A stretch of 64,000 nt of DNA. Origin: Geopsychrobacteraceae bacterium. Its GTDB lineage: Bacteria > Desulfobacterota > Desulfuromonadia > Desulfuromonadales > Geopsychrobacteraceae. Location of the stretch: NCBI GenBank assembly GCA_963662315.1, contig OY759353.1, forward strand, positions 4,608,001-4,672,000, read 5' to 3'. The notes under the pieces were generated by a model, which searched no databases, was not told the origin of the DNA, and saw nothing but the letters and a program-made list of their open reading frames with translations. Of the stretch, positions 35,507-45,517 are shown in pieces (the first letter of the stretch is position 1; every line of letters starts with the position of its first letter). Made by a program: the position numbers and the translations under genes.

Positions 35507-36646
35507 ATGTTTATACCGATATCTGATAGCCCAAATCCCCCACAGCGATCCTATGCCACCTGGTTTCTGATCGGTCTTAATAGTCTGGTCTACGTGGTGA
35601 TTACCCTCCCTGCGACATTCAGACACGTTAATTTGAGCGATCCGGCTCTTATAGACTATCTGCGGGCCCTTGGTATTTCGGGACGCGTTAGTGCTCAACA
35701 AGTTCTGCAACACGTCAGCCAGTATGATCTGCTCGTGTTCAGGTATGGTTTTCGCCCGGCAGATTTTTCATTGATTACTATTTTTTCGTGCCTGTTTCTA
35801 CATGGTGGTTTTTGGCATCTGGCGGGGAATATGCTGTTTCTTTACATATTCGGCAATAATGTCGAGTATCGCCTGGGGCGCATCAACTATGTCCTTGTGT
35901 ATCTTGGCTGTGGTGTTCTGGCCACCCTGTTTTTTGCACTGTTTGCCGCCGGGTCCCCAATTCCCCTGATTGGTGCTTCAGGAGCCATTTTCGGTATTTT
36001 GGGGTGCTATTTTCTCTGGTTTCCTAAGCATCGCATTCGCTGCTTCCTGTTTTTGTTCCCATTTGTTACCAGCAATATCTTTTTACCGGCACGGCTTGTC
36101 CTGGGGTTTTATCTGATAATTGACAATATACTGCCTTTTGTTTTAGGAAACGCTGAAAGCGGGATTGCTCATGGAGCTCATATCGGTGGTTTTTTGGGGG
36201 GACTGAGCCTGGCCTGGGGGATGAATCGACGCTTCGATAAGTGGGCAAATCCTGCCAAGACCCGAGAATTCGTGGTTACCGATACTTTCGACCCCACTCC
36301 GGGGCCTGAGCAAAGGGTCTCTTTGAAGCAGCGGGTGGCCGCGTACCTAGATGGGGCGGATCGGCAAACATTCTTAAGTAGTGAACTGCTGGAAATCGGC
36401 GATGTGCTGTTGGCGCAGGGGCGACTGGAAGACGCCTTACGTTTGTACAAACGGTTTATTTCTGAACGTCCGCGAGATCCTGATTTAGCCAGGGCTTACC
36501 TGGGAGCGGGGAAAGCTGTTTATCAATTGCCGCGCCAGCGAAATATCGCTTACCACTACTTTTTGAATGCCTGTGAAATGGCTCGTGATGCGGAACTGGC
36601 GGAACTGGCTCGCAGCTATTTACGCCGTATCGAAGGGACCGTGTAA
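35507..36646 (+). CDS. Rhomboid intramembrane serine protease with C-terminal TPR-like region
   Basis: HLAGNM, GASG, AHIGGF motifs. Confidence 0.9.
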   Translation: MFIPISDSPNPPQRSYATWFLIGLNSLVYVVITLPATFRHVNLSDPALIDYLRALGISGRVSAQQVLQHVSQYDLLVFRYGFRPADFSLITIFSCLFLHGGFWHLAGNMLFLYIFGNNVEYRLGRINYVLVYLGCGVLATLFFALFAAGSPIPLIGASGAIFGILGCYFLWFPKHRIRCFLFLFPFVTSNIFLPARLVLGFYLIIDNILPFVLGNAESGIAHGAHIGGFLGGLSLAWGMNRRFDKWANPAKTREFVVTDTFDPTPGPEQRVSLKQRVAAYLDGADRQTFLSSELLEIGDVLLAQGRLEDALRLYKRFISERPRDPDLARAYLGAGKAVYQLPRQRNIAYHYFLNACEMARDAELAELARSYLRRIEGTV

Positions 36647-36653
36647 GTTTCGA

Positions 36654-37700
36654 TCATCGGTTGGCAATCAGACGATTACGGCCTGTTTCCTTAGCTTGAT
36701 ACAGGGCTTGGTCTGCCTTGGCAATCAGTTCTTCCGGGCTGCTTAGCGGATTTGGAAGCAGGGTCGCAGCGCCCATGCTGAGAGTTACAATGTTTGCGAC
36801 GTTCGACTTTTCGTGGGCAATCTGCAGCTCTCTGATTTTGTCGGCGGCACGCTCGCCCAGATGCTGTGCTCCGTCAATATCAATTTCGGGCAGCAAGAGC
36901 ACAAATTCTTCTCCTCCATAGCGTGCGACCAGATCGCTTGGCCTCGAAACGGCCGCTTCTAAGGCTTTGGCGACCTTTATCAAGCACTCATCACCCGCCT
37001 GGTGACCATAGCAGTCGTTGTATTTCTTAAAGTAGTCAATGTCTATGAGGACCAGAGCCAGTGGCTTCTGTGAGCGCAACAGGCGGCTCCATTCGCGCGC
37101 GATTGTCTCATCAAAGCAGCGGCGATTTGCTATCTGGGTTAAACCATCCAATCGGGCCATCATGGACAAGGTCCGATTGGCTTCCTCAAGCTTGTTTTCG
37201 GTTTCTTTTCTTAAGGTAATGTCTTTGAATTGGCAGATGATTGCTGTCGTGCCAATGATGGTTGTCATTGGGGCGGCATTAAGAATATAGTGTCTATCTT
37301 CTCCGTCCTCAGTTGTCATCTGGATGTCATATTCTTTTCGCTGTGGCTTTTTGGCAATTGATCGCGGGCAGTTGTGGGTATGGCAAAGACTGTAGCTCAG
37401 CAGGTCGCAGCAATTGTGACCAATGACCTCCTCCGTGGGTAGTCCAAGTAAGTCGAGCATTGCTTGATTGGCACGAATGATGATACCGTCATCGCGAATC
37501 ACCCAGATTGCATCAGTGACAGAAGCGAATATATGCTCCAGTTCCATGCAATTGATTTCAGCGTAAAGTTGTTTTTGGCTGACTTCGGCAAACATATGCT
37601 CCAGCGCTTCCATGCTGCTGAGATGCGTTGCACAATCCTTCTTAAGGTCTTCATTCTCTTGCGCTAAACGGGCGATAGCTTGTTCAGTCGAATAATCCAT
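36654..37700 (-). CDS. PAS-GGDEF diguanylate cyclase
   Basis: RPSD I-site and GGEEF; PAS domain. Confidence 0.92.
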   Translation of the reverse strand: MDYSTEQAIARLAQENEDLKKDCATHLSSMEALEHMFAEVSQKQLYAEINCMELEHIFASVTDAIWVIRDDGIIIRANQAMLDLLGLPTEEVIGHNCCDLLSYSLCHTHNCPRSIAKKPQRKEYDIQMTTEDGEDRHYILNAAPMTTIIGTTAIICQFKDITLRKETENKLEEANRTLSMMARLDGLTQIANRRCFDETIAREWSRLLRSQKPLALVLIDIDYFKKYNDCYGHQAGDECLIKVAKALEAAVSRPSDLVARYGGEEFVLLLPEIDIDGAQHLGERAADKIRELQIAHEKSNVANIVTLSMGAATLLPNPLSSPEELIAKADQALYQAKETGRNRLIANR

Positions 37701-37977
37701 TATAACCTGTACCGTGGGTATGAACGATTAGAAACCTTGATTGTGCGGACTAGTAATGCTGAAAGAGAGCAAAATACCTTCAGCTGGAAAATGATGGCCT
37801 CTATCTCTTTGGGCTCTGTTTGGCTGATCAATGAATATTTGAAAGGCATCCATTTTATTCTTTTGTATCATACTGAAGTTCAAGATAGCATCAAGCTAAT
37901 TCTGAGATATCAATTTTGGTTGAGGGTAAAGAGCAGAAACTGCAGTAGTTGAGCCATAAGCTCGGTTTTTTCTAGGC

Positions 37978-38006
37978 TGGACACGAGATTCAAGATCGGT
38001 TAAAGT
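37978..38006 (+). promoter_or_regulatory. Putative sigma-70 promoter of ferredoxin
   Basis: TGGACA-17 nt-TAAAGT. Confidence 0.45.
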
Positions 38007-38070
38007 AACGCCGATTTTAACCGCCCACCAGCGTGTGGGTACAGACAAAAAATACTAGGAGGATTTGACC

Positions 38071-38238
38071 ATGGCTTATGTAATTTCTGATGAATGTATC
38101 GCTTGTGGCGCTTGCCAATCTACTTGCCCTGTTGACGCAATCAGCGAAGGTGATATCTACACCATTGACGCTGGTGTTTGTACTGATTGTGGTGCATGTG
38201 CAGACGCTTGCCCGGTTGATGCTATCTCTGCATCTTAA
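38071..38238 (+). CDS. 2[4Fe-4S] ferredoxin (55 aa, absent from ORF track)
   Basis: MAYVISDECIACGACQSTCP...CTDCGACADACP; RBS AGGAGG. Confidence 0.97.
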   Translation: MAYVISDECIACGACQSTCPVDAISEGDIYTIDAGVCTDCGACADACPVDAISAS

Positions 38239-38260
38239 TTGTTACGGCAAGACGATGTTG

Positions 38261-38295
38261 AAAGGCGGTGTTACGTATGTAGCGCCGCTTTTTTT
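38261..38295 (+). terminator. Intrinsic terminator after ferredoxin
   Basis: GCGGTGTTAC-GTAT-GTAGCGCCGC followed by T7. Confidence 0.8.
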
Positions 38296-38373
38296 ATGTG
38301 GTTACCGCTGTTTTCTGCTTGAGTTGTCTACTGCAGGGGAGGGAAATGACTGGGGTTGAGCTCAGGTATAGTA

Positions 38374-39429
38374 TTACTCACTAACCGGTTTAGATGCCGT
38401 TACGTTGACACTGAATTCAGACAGGTTCTTTGGCAGGTCTTTAAAAACGATATCAAATGGAATTGTCTGCTTGGCATCCACTTTCATATTGCTTAAGTTT
38501 TTTCCAAACTGATTCCCCATCATTTTCTCCAATTCCTCAAACGGGCGCTCAGCAATTTCTTCGTCTGCGATGGGATTGCCGCAGAAGACTGTCTTCTGCA
38601 GCAACGGTTGACCGCTTTGATCAAAAATTATCCCTTTGACCTGAATGGACGAACGGGCCTGAGAAAAATTATTAGTGGCTTCACCCCGAATCAGGAACAC
38701 CTCACCGACATGATTGTTGTGTAGAAATTTTCCCTGCAAATTCGCCAGGGTGATTAAGCCACTTGGCTCGGGGGGAGTGGCTTGTTGGCCCAACAGCTGC
38801 TGTAGGGTGTCATTTAATTTGTCGGGACCGTTAATGTAGACAAATACGCCTACCGCAACCAGAACGGCCAAGATCAAAAGCAGTAGAATTCTAATGATGG
38901 AGCTGAGCGGAGAGGCTTTTTTCTCTTTCAAATGCTGGTACAGCTGTTCTGTTTCATTCTCTTCCTGATCCTGAGCGGCCATTTTCGGTTCCGGGATCTT
39001 GGCCTCGTTGATAACCTGTGACATCTCTGGTTCTTCGGATCGGGGAGAAGCTCCTGCTACAGTGCTGTCCTGTGGTTCGGCCTCCGCAAAACGGAAGTCC
39101 TCGTCAGGCTCTGCCTTAAGGGGTACTGTGTTTCCGGTGGCTGTAATGTCGTCGGTCCCGCTGAACGTAAACTCTTCTGGTTCCTGTTGAACATCCAGTT
39201 CCTGGAAGCGCTCATAGCTGAATTCTGTCGAACTGTTTAACGTCTCTTCCTGTTCCGTTTGCAGTGGTGGCTCGGCAACTACTTCCTGTTCTGGAATTGC
39301 GGCCTCTACTTCTTTTGTTACGGAAAATACCGCTTTACAACGGGCACAGCGAACCTTTGAACCTCCCGCAGGAATCCTGCCGGGATTTATTTTGAACTTG
39401 GTTGTACACTCGGGGCAGATGATGACCAT
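38374..39429 (-). CDS. MJ0042-type zinc-ribbon membrane protein with DUF3426-like C-terminus
   Basis: CPEC...CARC, acidic linker, one TM segment. Confidence 0.82.
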   Translation of the reverse strand: MVIICPECTTKFKINPGRIPAGGSKVRCARCKAVFSVTKEVEAAIPEQEVVAEPPLQTEQEETLNSSTEFSYERFQELDVQQEPEEFTFSGTDDITATGNTVPLKAEPDEDFRFAEAEPQDSTVAGASPRSEEPEMSQVINEAKIPEPKMAAQDQEENETEQLYQHLKEKKASPLSSIIRILLLLILAVLVAVGVFVYINGPDKLNDTLQQLLGQQATPPEPSGLITLANLQGKFLHNNHVGEVFLIRGEATNNFSQARSSIQVKGIIFDQSGQPLLQKTVFCGNPIADEEIAERPFEELEKMMGNQFGKNLSNMKVDAKQTIPFDIVFKDLPKNLSEFSVNVTASKPVSE

Positions 39430-39560
39430 CGGTTATTCTCCTTTTTCGGTAGGGTCCTGTAATCAAGACCCTTTCCCCCAATGAAGTAAAGGAAATATAC
39501 TTATTTGATTAAGAACCTGAATAAGCAGATATTAATACAAAAAAACGGAGAAGACGAGTA

Positions 39561-40088
39561 TTAATCGGTATCTACCACATAAATATCTGGCAGCTGTCGG
39601 TATTGCTCATCATGGTCAAGGCCGTAGCCGATAATGAAACCATCATCCATGGTCATCCCGATATAATCTGCTTCAATATCAACTTCACGACGTGCCCGCT
39701 TATCAATGAGAGTACAAATTTTAAGGGAACGTGGCTCCTGAAGGAGTAATTTATGATAGAGGCATTCAAGGGTATAGCCACTGTCGACAATATCTTCAAT
39801 GATAATAACATTGCGGCCTTTAATCGGCATTTCCAATTCTTTGCGGAACTCGATAATGCCGCTCGACTGGGTGCCTGAACCGTAACTGGCAAGTCTGACA
39901 AAATCGATTACGGTTGGAATTTCCAGTTCCCGAGCAAGATCGGCAATAAACAAAAAGGACCCCTTCAAGACACCGACAAGCATAACCTCCTGGTCTTTGT
40001 AGTCATTAGAGATTTCGCTTCCCAGGCGTTTGATTTCCTGTGCGATCCGTTCTCTACTGAACAGAATTCTCCGGTTACTGTTTTCCAT
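39561..40088 (-). CDS. hpt: Hypoxanthine phosphoribosyltransferase
   Basis: VLKGS, IIIEDIVDSGYT, IGYGLD. Confidence 0.95.
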   Translation of the reverse strand: MENSNRRILFSRERIAQEIKRLGSEISNDYKDQEVMLVGVLKGSFLFIADLARELEIPTVIDFVRLASYGSGTQSSGIIEFRKELEMPIKGRNVIIIEDIVDSGYTLECLYHKLLLQEPRSLKICTLIDKRARREVDIEADYIGMTMDDGFIIGYGLDHDEQYRQLPDIYVVDTD

Positions 40089-40260
40089 CCTTAAACTGTC
40101 TCCTTCTTTGTTTTACATCCGCCTGTCTGGCAGAATGCTTGCAAGTAGTAAATATTCAAGGTGGAAACGGTCAGAAATGACGTGACAGGGCCTTTGGCAG
40201 GTCCCGCAATTACACCAGTAAATGACTGTTTCCAGGTAAAAAGTTAAAATTTTTTGGCCA

Positions 40261-40290
40261 TCTATAGCAGGAAGGTTCTTTGCGTGTCAA
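40261..40290 (-). promoter_or_regulatory. Putative sigma-70 promoter for hpt
   Basis: Minus strand TTGACA-18 nt-TATAGA with TGn extension. Confidence 0.5.
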
Positions 40291-40409
40291 TTGGAACTGC
40301 CTCTACTTAAGTTGTTCAGCTCTATATCTTTTATGCTACAATTAAAAATTGTTAGTGTTATTATCCTGGTTCTGCTTAGTAAAATGTTTTCATAAGGGGG
40401 TATCTTCAG

Positions 40410-41087
40410 ATGTTCAGGTTGCTGTGTTGTGTTTTTCTTCTTCTTTTTCCTGCCTCCGTTTTTGCTGCTCCGGCACTACTGGCAGACGGTCAGGATTTTG
40501 ATTTTGGTGCGATCATGCAGGGGGAATCTCTTACCCATACCTTTCGGTTTCAGAATTCCGGAGATGACATCCTGGAAATTTCTTCGGTGCGAACTTCATG
40601 CGGGTGTACTGCCGCGTTATTGTCTACCCGGCGTATTGCTCCGGGAGAAATAGGTGAGCTGCAGTTGACTTTCAACTCTCAAGGGTTCCGTGGCAAAGTT
40701 CACAAGACGATCGAAATGACCACAAACGATCCGCAACAGCCTCTGGTTGTTTTTAACCTGAGAGGAACGGTCGAAATGGAAGTTTTTGTCAGTCCTGAAC
40801 GGATCAGTTGGGGGATCGTCCCTAAACCTGAACCGCTGACCTCGCAGCTTGTTCTTAAAAATGAGTCCCGACAAATGGTCACTTTGCAGCCATTGAAAAT
40901 CATCGGCAGTGGAATTACTGCTCGGCCTGCGGCTAATGAAGTCCCTCCAGGCGGACAAGTTACCATTGATATCAAGGCGGAATTTGCTGATAATGCGACT
41001 CGTATCTCGGGGTATGTCATTATCCCCACCGATTTTTCACTCGTTCCGCAAATAAGGGTGCCAGTTTCGGCGCGTCTTTCCAAGTAG
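40410..41087 (+). CDS. Exported DUF1573 (Ig-like) protein
   Basis: Signal peptide, FDFG, HTFRFQNSG, TSCGCT. Confidence 0.82.
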   Translation: MFRLLCCVFLLLFPASVFAAPALLADGQDFDFGAIMQGESLTHTFRFQNSGDDILEISSVRTSCGCTAALLSTRRIAPGEIGELQLTFNSQGFRGKVHKTIEMTTNDPQQPLVVFNLRGTVEMEVFVSPERISWGIVPKPEPLTSQLVLKNESRQMVTLQPLKIIGSGITARPAANEVPPGGQVTIDIKAEFADNATRISGYVIIPTDFSLVPQIRVPVSARLSK

Positions 41088-41125
41088 TAAGCAGAGCATA
41101 TTATATCCGAAACAAAGGAGATTGT

Positions 41126-41560
41126 ATGAGTGACATCCCTGCTGGGCCAAATGAACGGAGAACATTTCTGGGAATACTTCTAGGGGCTATTGGTGCTGTC
41201 ATAGCGGCTGCTTTTGCCTGGCCTCTGTTTCGATTCCTTTCGCCTGTCGATAAAAGTGGGGCTGCCGAACAGGTTCGCGTAGCAAAAGATCAGGTCGGTA
41301 GTGCAAATCCGTACTTTTTTTCGTTCCAGGGACGGCCTGCTGTGCTATTGGAACAGGCACCCGGTGATTATGTAGCATTAAGTGCCGTCTGCACGCATTT
41401 GGGGTGCATCGTCAAGTGGGTTAATGATTCTCAGGAATTTTTATGCCCCTGCCACGGGGGGAGATTTTCCGCAAACGGACAAGTGCTGGGCGGGCCGCCA
41501 CCAGAGCCTTTGAAAAATTACTCCGTCACTCTTGATGGCAACGACATACTGATCGGTTAA
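41126..41560 (+). CDS. Rieske [2Fe-2S] subunit
   Basis: Tat motif RRTFL, CTHLGC, CPCHGG. Confidence 0.95.
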   Translation: MSDIPAGPNERRTFLGILLGAIGAVIAAAFAWPLFRFLSPVDKSGAAEQVRVAKDQVGSANPYFFSFQGRPAVLLEQAPGDYVALSAVCTHLGCIVKWVNDSQEFLCPCHGGRFSANGQVLGGPPPEPLKNYSVTLDGNDILIG

Positions 41561-41570
41561 GGAGGGCATC

Positions 41571-42671
41571 GTGAATATCCCAAAAGGTATTATGGACTGG
41601 CTCGATAGTCGACTCGGTGTGCGTGAACTGATGTTCGCCAATATGCAAGGCTATCTTCTGCCACGCAATATCAATATCTGGTATACCCTTGGCGCCGTTC
41701 TTATGGCGATGTTTGGGTTGCAGTTTCTAACCGGTATTTTGCTACTGGTGTATTATGTACCGGATACTGACAAGGCGTTTGCCAGTGTAACGGCAATTAT
41801 GAATGATGTTCCTTATGGCTGGTTGATCCGTTATCTGCACGTTGTTGGATCCAATCTGATCATTGTTGTGCTGTTAGGTCATATGCTCTCTGTCCTGTTT
41901 ATGGGGAGCTATAAACGTCCCCGTGAGCTCACCTGGGTTTCCGGTTTCGTGATTTTCAATTTGAGCCTGGCTTTTTGCCTGACCGGTTATCTGCTCCCCT
42001 GGAGCCAGTTGTCCTTCTGGGCGACGACCGTTGCGACCGATGCGGCTGGTGCTGTTCCGGTTATTGGCGACAAAGTCATCGAATTTATGCGTGGTGGACC
42101 AACCGTAGGTGCAGCCACCCTGGGACGCTTTTTTGCCCTGCATGTTATGGGACTGCCCATGATCTTTTTGGGTCTGGTTGGGTTTCACCTGTTCTGTGTC
42201 CGTCGGGCTGGCATTTCGTCCCCCCCGTTTGGTAATGATTACCGTCCGCAGGAGTCCTATTCTTATTTTCATCATGAAGAACATCCGGGCGGGGTTCCGT
42301 TTCATCCCAATTACACCATTAAAGATCTGTCGATGGTCTTTTTTGTCCTGGCTCTGCTGGTTGCCATCACTTTTTATGCTCCCTGGTTGTTTATTCCACC
42401 CGATGCTCTCGAACCGGCCGATCCCTTTACAACTCCGGAACATATCAAGCCGGAATGGTATTTCCTGTGGGCCTACCAGACGCTCAAGATCTTCCCCAGT
42501 AAGCTTCTCGGGTTGGCATCCCAAGGTGCTGCAATGGGGTTCCTGGCGGTGTTACCCTTCTTGGATCGCAGTCCGGAGCGCCGGCCTGCAAAGCGCCCGA
42601 TATTTGTGACTTTGTATCTGCTCGGGATTCTGTTATTTGTCGGATTGTCGATTTGGGGGCATTTCTCATGA
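41571..42671 (+). CDS. Cytochrome b/b6 subunit
   Basis: Four heme-ligand His, GYLLPW, PEWY. Confidence 0.95.
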   Translation: MNIPKGIMDWLDSRLGVRELMFANMQGYLLPRNINIWYTLGAVLMAMFGLQFLTGILLLVYYVPDTDKAFASVTAIMNDVPYGWLIRYLHVVGSNLIIVVLLGHMLSVLFMGSYKRPRELTWVSGFVIFNLSLAFCLTGYLLPWSQLSFWATTVATDAAGAVPVIGDKVIEFMRGGPTVGAATLGRFFALHVMGLPMIFLGLVGFHLFCVRRAGISSPPFGNDYRPQESYSYFHHEEHPGGVPFHPNYTIKDLSMVFFVLALLVAITFYAPWLFIPPDALEPADPFTTPEHIKPEWYFLWAYQTLKIFPSKLLGLASQGAAMGFLAVLPFLDRSPERRPAKRPIFVTLYLLGILLFVGLSIWGHFS

Positions 42672-43477
42672 AACAGTCTAGCGTATTCATTCGAGGCATC
42701 TTTCTGGCGTATGTGCTGGTTGCGGTTTTCTTTAGTCCGGTCCTGGCTGCAGACGATACAGTCTGTATCCAATGCCATAGTGGGTTGGATGAACAGTTCG
42801 CTGCTCCGGTACAACAGTGGCAGGGGAGTGTTCATCAGAAAAATGGGATTTCCTGTAATGACTGCCATGGTGGGGATCCGACAGATTTCGAAATGGCGAT
42901 GGATCCTTCCCGTGGTTTTTTAGGGGCTCCTGGCTATACAGAAATTCCTGACTTTTGTGGCCGTTGTCATATCGGTGTAAAAGAAGATTATATGGCCAGC
43001 GCCCATGGGCAGGCGCTTGATGCTGGTGGCGCGCAATGCGTCATGTGCCATGGTAACCATGCGGTTGCCTATGCCAGTATTGACCTGATCAATGAAGAAA
43101 GTTGTTCACGGTGCCATGATTACGAACGTGCGGCACGGGTCAAGAATGAGATCAGTGATACCGAGGCTACTCTGACGAAACTTGAAAGTTCTGTCGCCTC
43201 ATTGCATCGCGTCGGGATTGATACCTCAAAGTTGGAAGAGAGTTTGTTTGCTTCGCGTAATTCATTCCGGCGTCTTTTCCATACGGTAAACATCGAGCGC
43301 ATTCACAAACAGAAATCTGAATTCAACGCTGAGTTGCAGGAGACCAAAGCCACGATCAGTGAGTATGAAGAAACTCTCGGCCAGCGAAAGCTGGCTGGTG
43401 GGGGTGTTGTGCTGCTGTTATTGCTTGGCGGTGTCATTGCGCTGCTGATTCGACGCAGTTATCATGATGATGAATAG
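42668..43477 (+). CDS. Membrane-anchored pentaheme cytochrome c
   Basis: Five CxxCH motifs (CIQCH, CNDCH, CGRCH, CVMCH, CSRCH), signal peptide, C-terminal TM; ATGA overlap. Confidence 0.93.
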   Translation: MKQSSVFIRGIFLAYVLVAVFFSPVLAADDTVCIQCHSGLDEQFAAPVQQWQGSVHQKNGISCNDCHGGDPTDFEMAMDPSRGFLGAPGYTEIPDFCGRCHIGVKEDYMASAHGQALDAGGAQCVMCHGNHAVAYASIDLINEESCSRCHDYERAARVKNEISDTEATLTKLESSVASLHRVGIDTSKLEESLFASRNSFRRLFHTVNIERIHKQKSEFNAELQETKATISEYEETLGQRKLAGGGVVLLLLLGGVIALLIRRSYHDDE

Positions 43478-43506
43478 TTCCAGTTTCTAAATTGATTCGC
43501 TTAAGC

Positions 43507-43542
43507 AAGAAAAGGCAGTGAGGATTCCCACTGCCTTTTCTT
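43507..43542 (+). terminator. Intrinsic terminator after the Rieske/cytb operon
   Basis: AAGAAAAGGCAGTG...CACTGCCTTTTCTT. Confidence 0.8.
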
Positions 43543-43643
43543 ATTTCAGGAATCTGATCTTGCCCATATATCTTCAATATCTCACACAACTCTTACACTT
43601 TGGTGCTATTTATGTGGCAAATTTCATGAAAAGGAGAACTTAC

Positions 43644-43868
43644 ATGGATAGGCACAAGAGTGCTAGCGCCACTTTAGACCCTAATTGTCCCTGTTTAAGC
43701 ACGCATGGATGCTGTACGTTGCAGCGTAATGCGCTGCCTGACAAAACCAAACAGCAGCGTTTTTGTCTTACGGATGATTACGATTTCTGCCCGACCTATT
43801 TGTCGTACCTGTTGACTCATTCTCAATCGTTACGGTGCGACAGTGATTGGTTGGACGCTCAACACTGA
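43644..43868 (+). CDS. Small Cys-rich hypothetical protein (74 aa)
   Basis: RBS AAGGAG before ATG; 7 Cys. Confidence 0.65.
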   Translation: MDRHKSASATLDPNCPCLSTHGCCTLQRNALPDKTKQQRFCLTDDYDFCPTYLSYLLTHSQSLRCDSDWLDAQH

Positions 43869-43927
43869 ATACGGACCTGTATAAACAAAATACTATAGCA
43901 CCTGTCTGGATGATAGTGATTCTAGAA

Positions 43928-44095
43928 TCAGTCATCGTCCAGATAGCTGCTGATGAACCTTTTACCTAGATAGAGTCCTAGCGCCGCCCCAAAGACTGCC
44001 GTCATGTATGAACCCATGATGCCGCCCCATTTTCCGCATGTCCAGCCAATAGAAGAGCCAGCTGATATCGCAAATATCAAGAGAATTCTCTGCAC
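43928..44095 (-). CDS. Small Gly-rich membrane protein (55 aa)
   Basis: GTG start behind AAGGA; two hydrophobic GxxxG-type segments. Confidence 0.55.
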   Translation of the reverse strand: MQRILLIFAISAGSSIGWTCGKWGGIMGSYMTAVFGAALGLYLGKRFISSYLDDD

Positions 44096-44229
44096 ACTTT
44101 CGTCCTTGTTTGTCTGGTCAGTAAGATTTGCCAACTTTATGGATTTAAGTATTGTTACGTTTTAAGATCGAATGTCAAAAGATTTCGGGTTGCATTCTTG
44201 CTGACGATGGCGTATATAGTACCTCCCAT

Positions 44230-44306
<77 letters not shown>

Positions 44307-44316
44307 ATCATTAAAT

Positions 44317-44351
44317 AAAAAGGCTAACGCTTTAAAGCGCTAGCCTTTTTT
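44317..44351 (+). terminator. Intrinsic terminator after tRNA
   Basis: AAAAAGGCTAACGC...GCGCTAGCC-T6. Confidence 0.8.
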
Positions 44352-44523
44352 GTTTGTCTTGCCTTTAACAACTCAATCTGCATCCCCAACTCGACTACTC
44401 TGTTTGCAGGAAGATATTATGCAGCATTTCCTCGAAATGCCCCCGGATAGGAGCCGATCGGAAATTTGCCGTAGATTCTTGTAAAGACCGACAGACTCCC
44501 AGCAGTAATTTCATTTTGTGGCA

Positions 44524-45495
44524 CTATTTTGCCAATACCTTCGCAAGATCCAACAGACTTAAATCCAGCTGCTTCACGTTGGCTATGACATCTGAAAGCG
44601 GAGTCATGGCGATCTGACCCTTCAGAATCCCCACCAGCACTCCATGTTCCTTTCTGTGAAGATGCTTGCAGGCCGCCACACCGAGGAGACTACCCAACAG
44701 ACGGTCAAAAGATATCGGGGCACCACCACGCTGGACATGACCCAGTTTGGTCACACGTAAATCAAAACCCAACCGCTCCCGGTGAACATGGAAGAAGTCA
44801 GCTATCTCCTCGGAATTGTGGCGGGCACCCTCCGCAACAATCACAATGGCGTTTGACTTGCCATTGTCATAGGCCGCCCGAAGATCGGCAGCCACGGATT
44901 CCATACCTGTTTCTACTTCGGGAATGACCACAGTTTCGGCACCACCGGAAATTGCGGCCATAAGAGCCAGATAACCACAGTTGCGCCCCATGACCTCAAC
45001 AAGGAAGGCACGATGATGCGAGGACGCCGTGACCTTGAGTCGATCAATCGCCTCCAGGGCAACATTCAGGGCGGTATTCACCCCGATGGTCATGTCGGAG
45101 CCAACGAGGTCGTTATCGATAGTCGAAGCTATGCCGACGACGGGGAACCCTCGTAGCGATAGTGCGTTAGCTCCAGCCTGGGAACCATTGCCGCCAATCA
45201 CAATCAGGCCTTCAATCTTTTTCTGGTGGAGATTGGACAGTGCTTGCAATTGTCCCTTTTCGGTTTTGAATTCAAGACAACGGGCGCTACCGAGCATGGT
45301 CCCGCCGAGCTGGATAATGCCACCCACGTCTCTCGCTCTTAAGGGAATAAATTCCCTTGAAAGCAGCCCGCTGAAACCGTGCCGAACTCCGAACACTTTT
45401 CAACCATTCTTAAGCCCGGTTCGCACAACAGCCCGGATAGCGGCATTCATGCCGGAGGCGTCTCCTCCACTCGTCAATACGGCAATTCGTTGCAT
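44524..45495 (-). CDS. pfkA: 6-phosphofructokinase (PfkA family)
   Basis: True start [17 protein letters not shown] lies upstream of the track start; GGNGS, TIDND, EVMGR, GHVQRGG. Confidence 0.92.
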
Positions 45496-45517
45496 ATTTT
45501 CTCCCGAAACTTAACGA

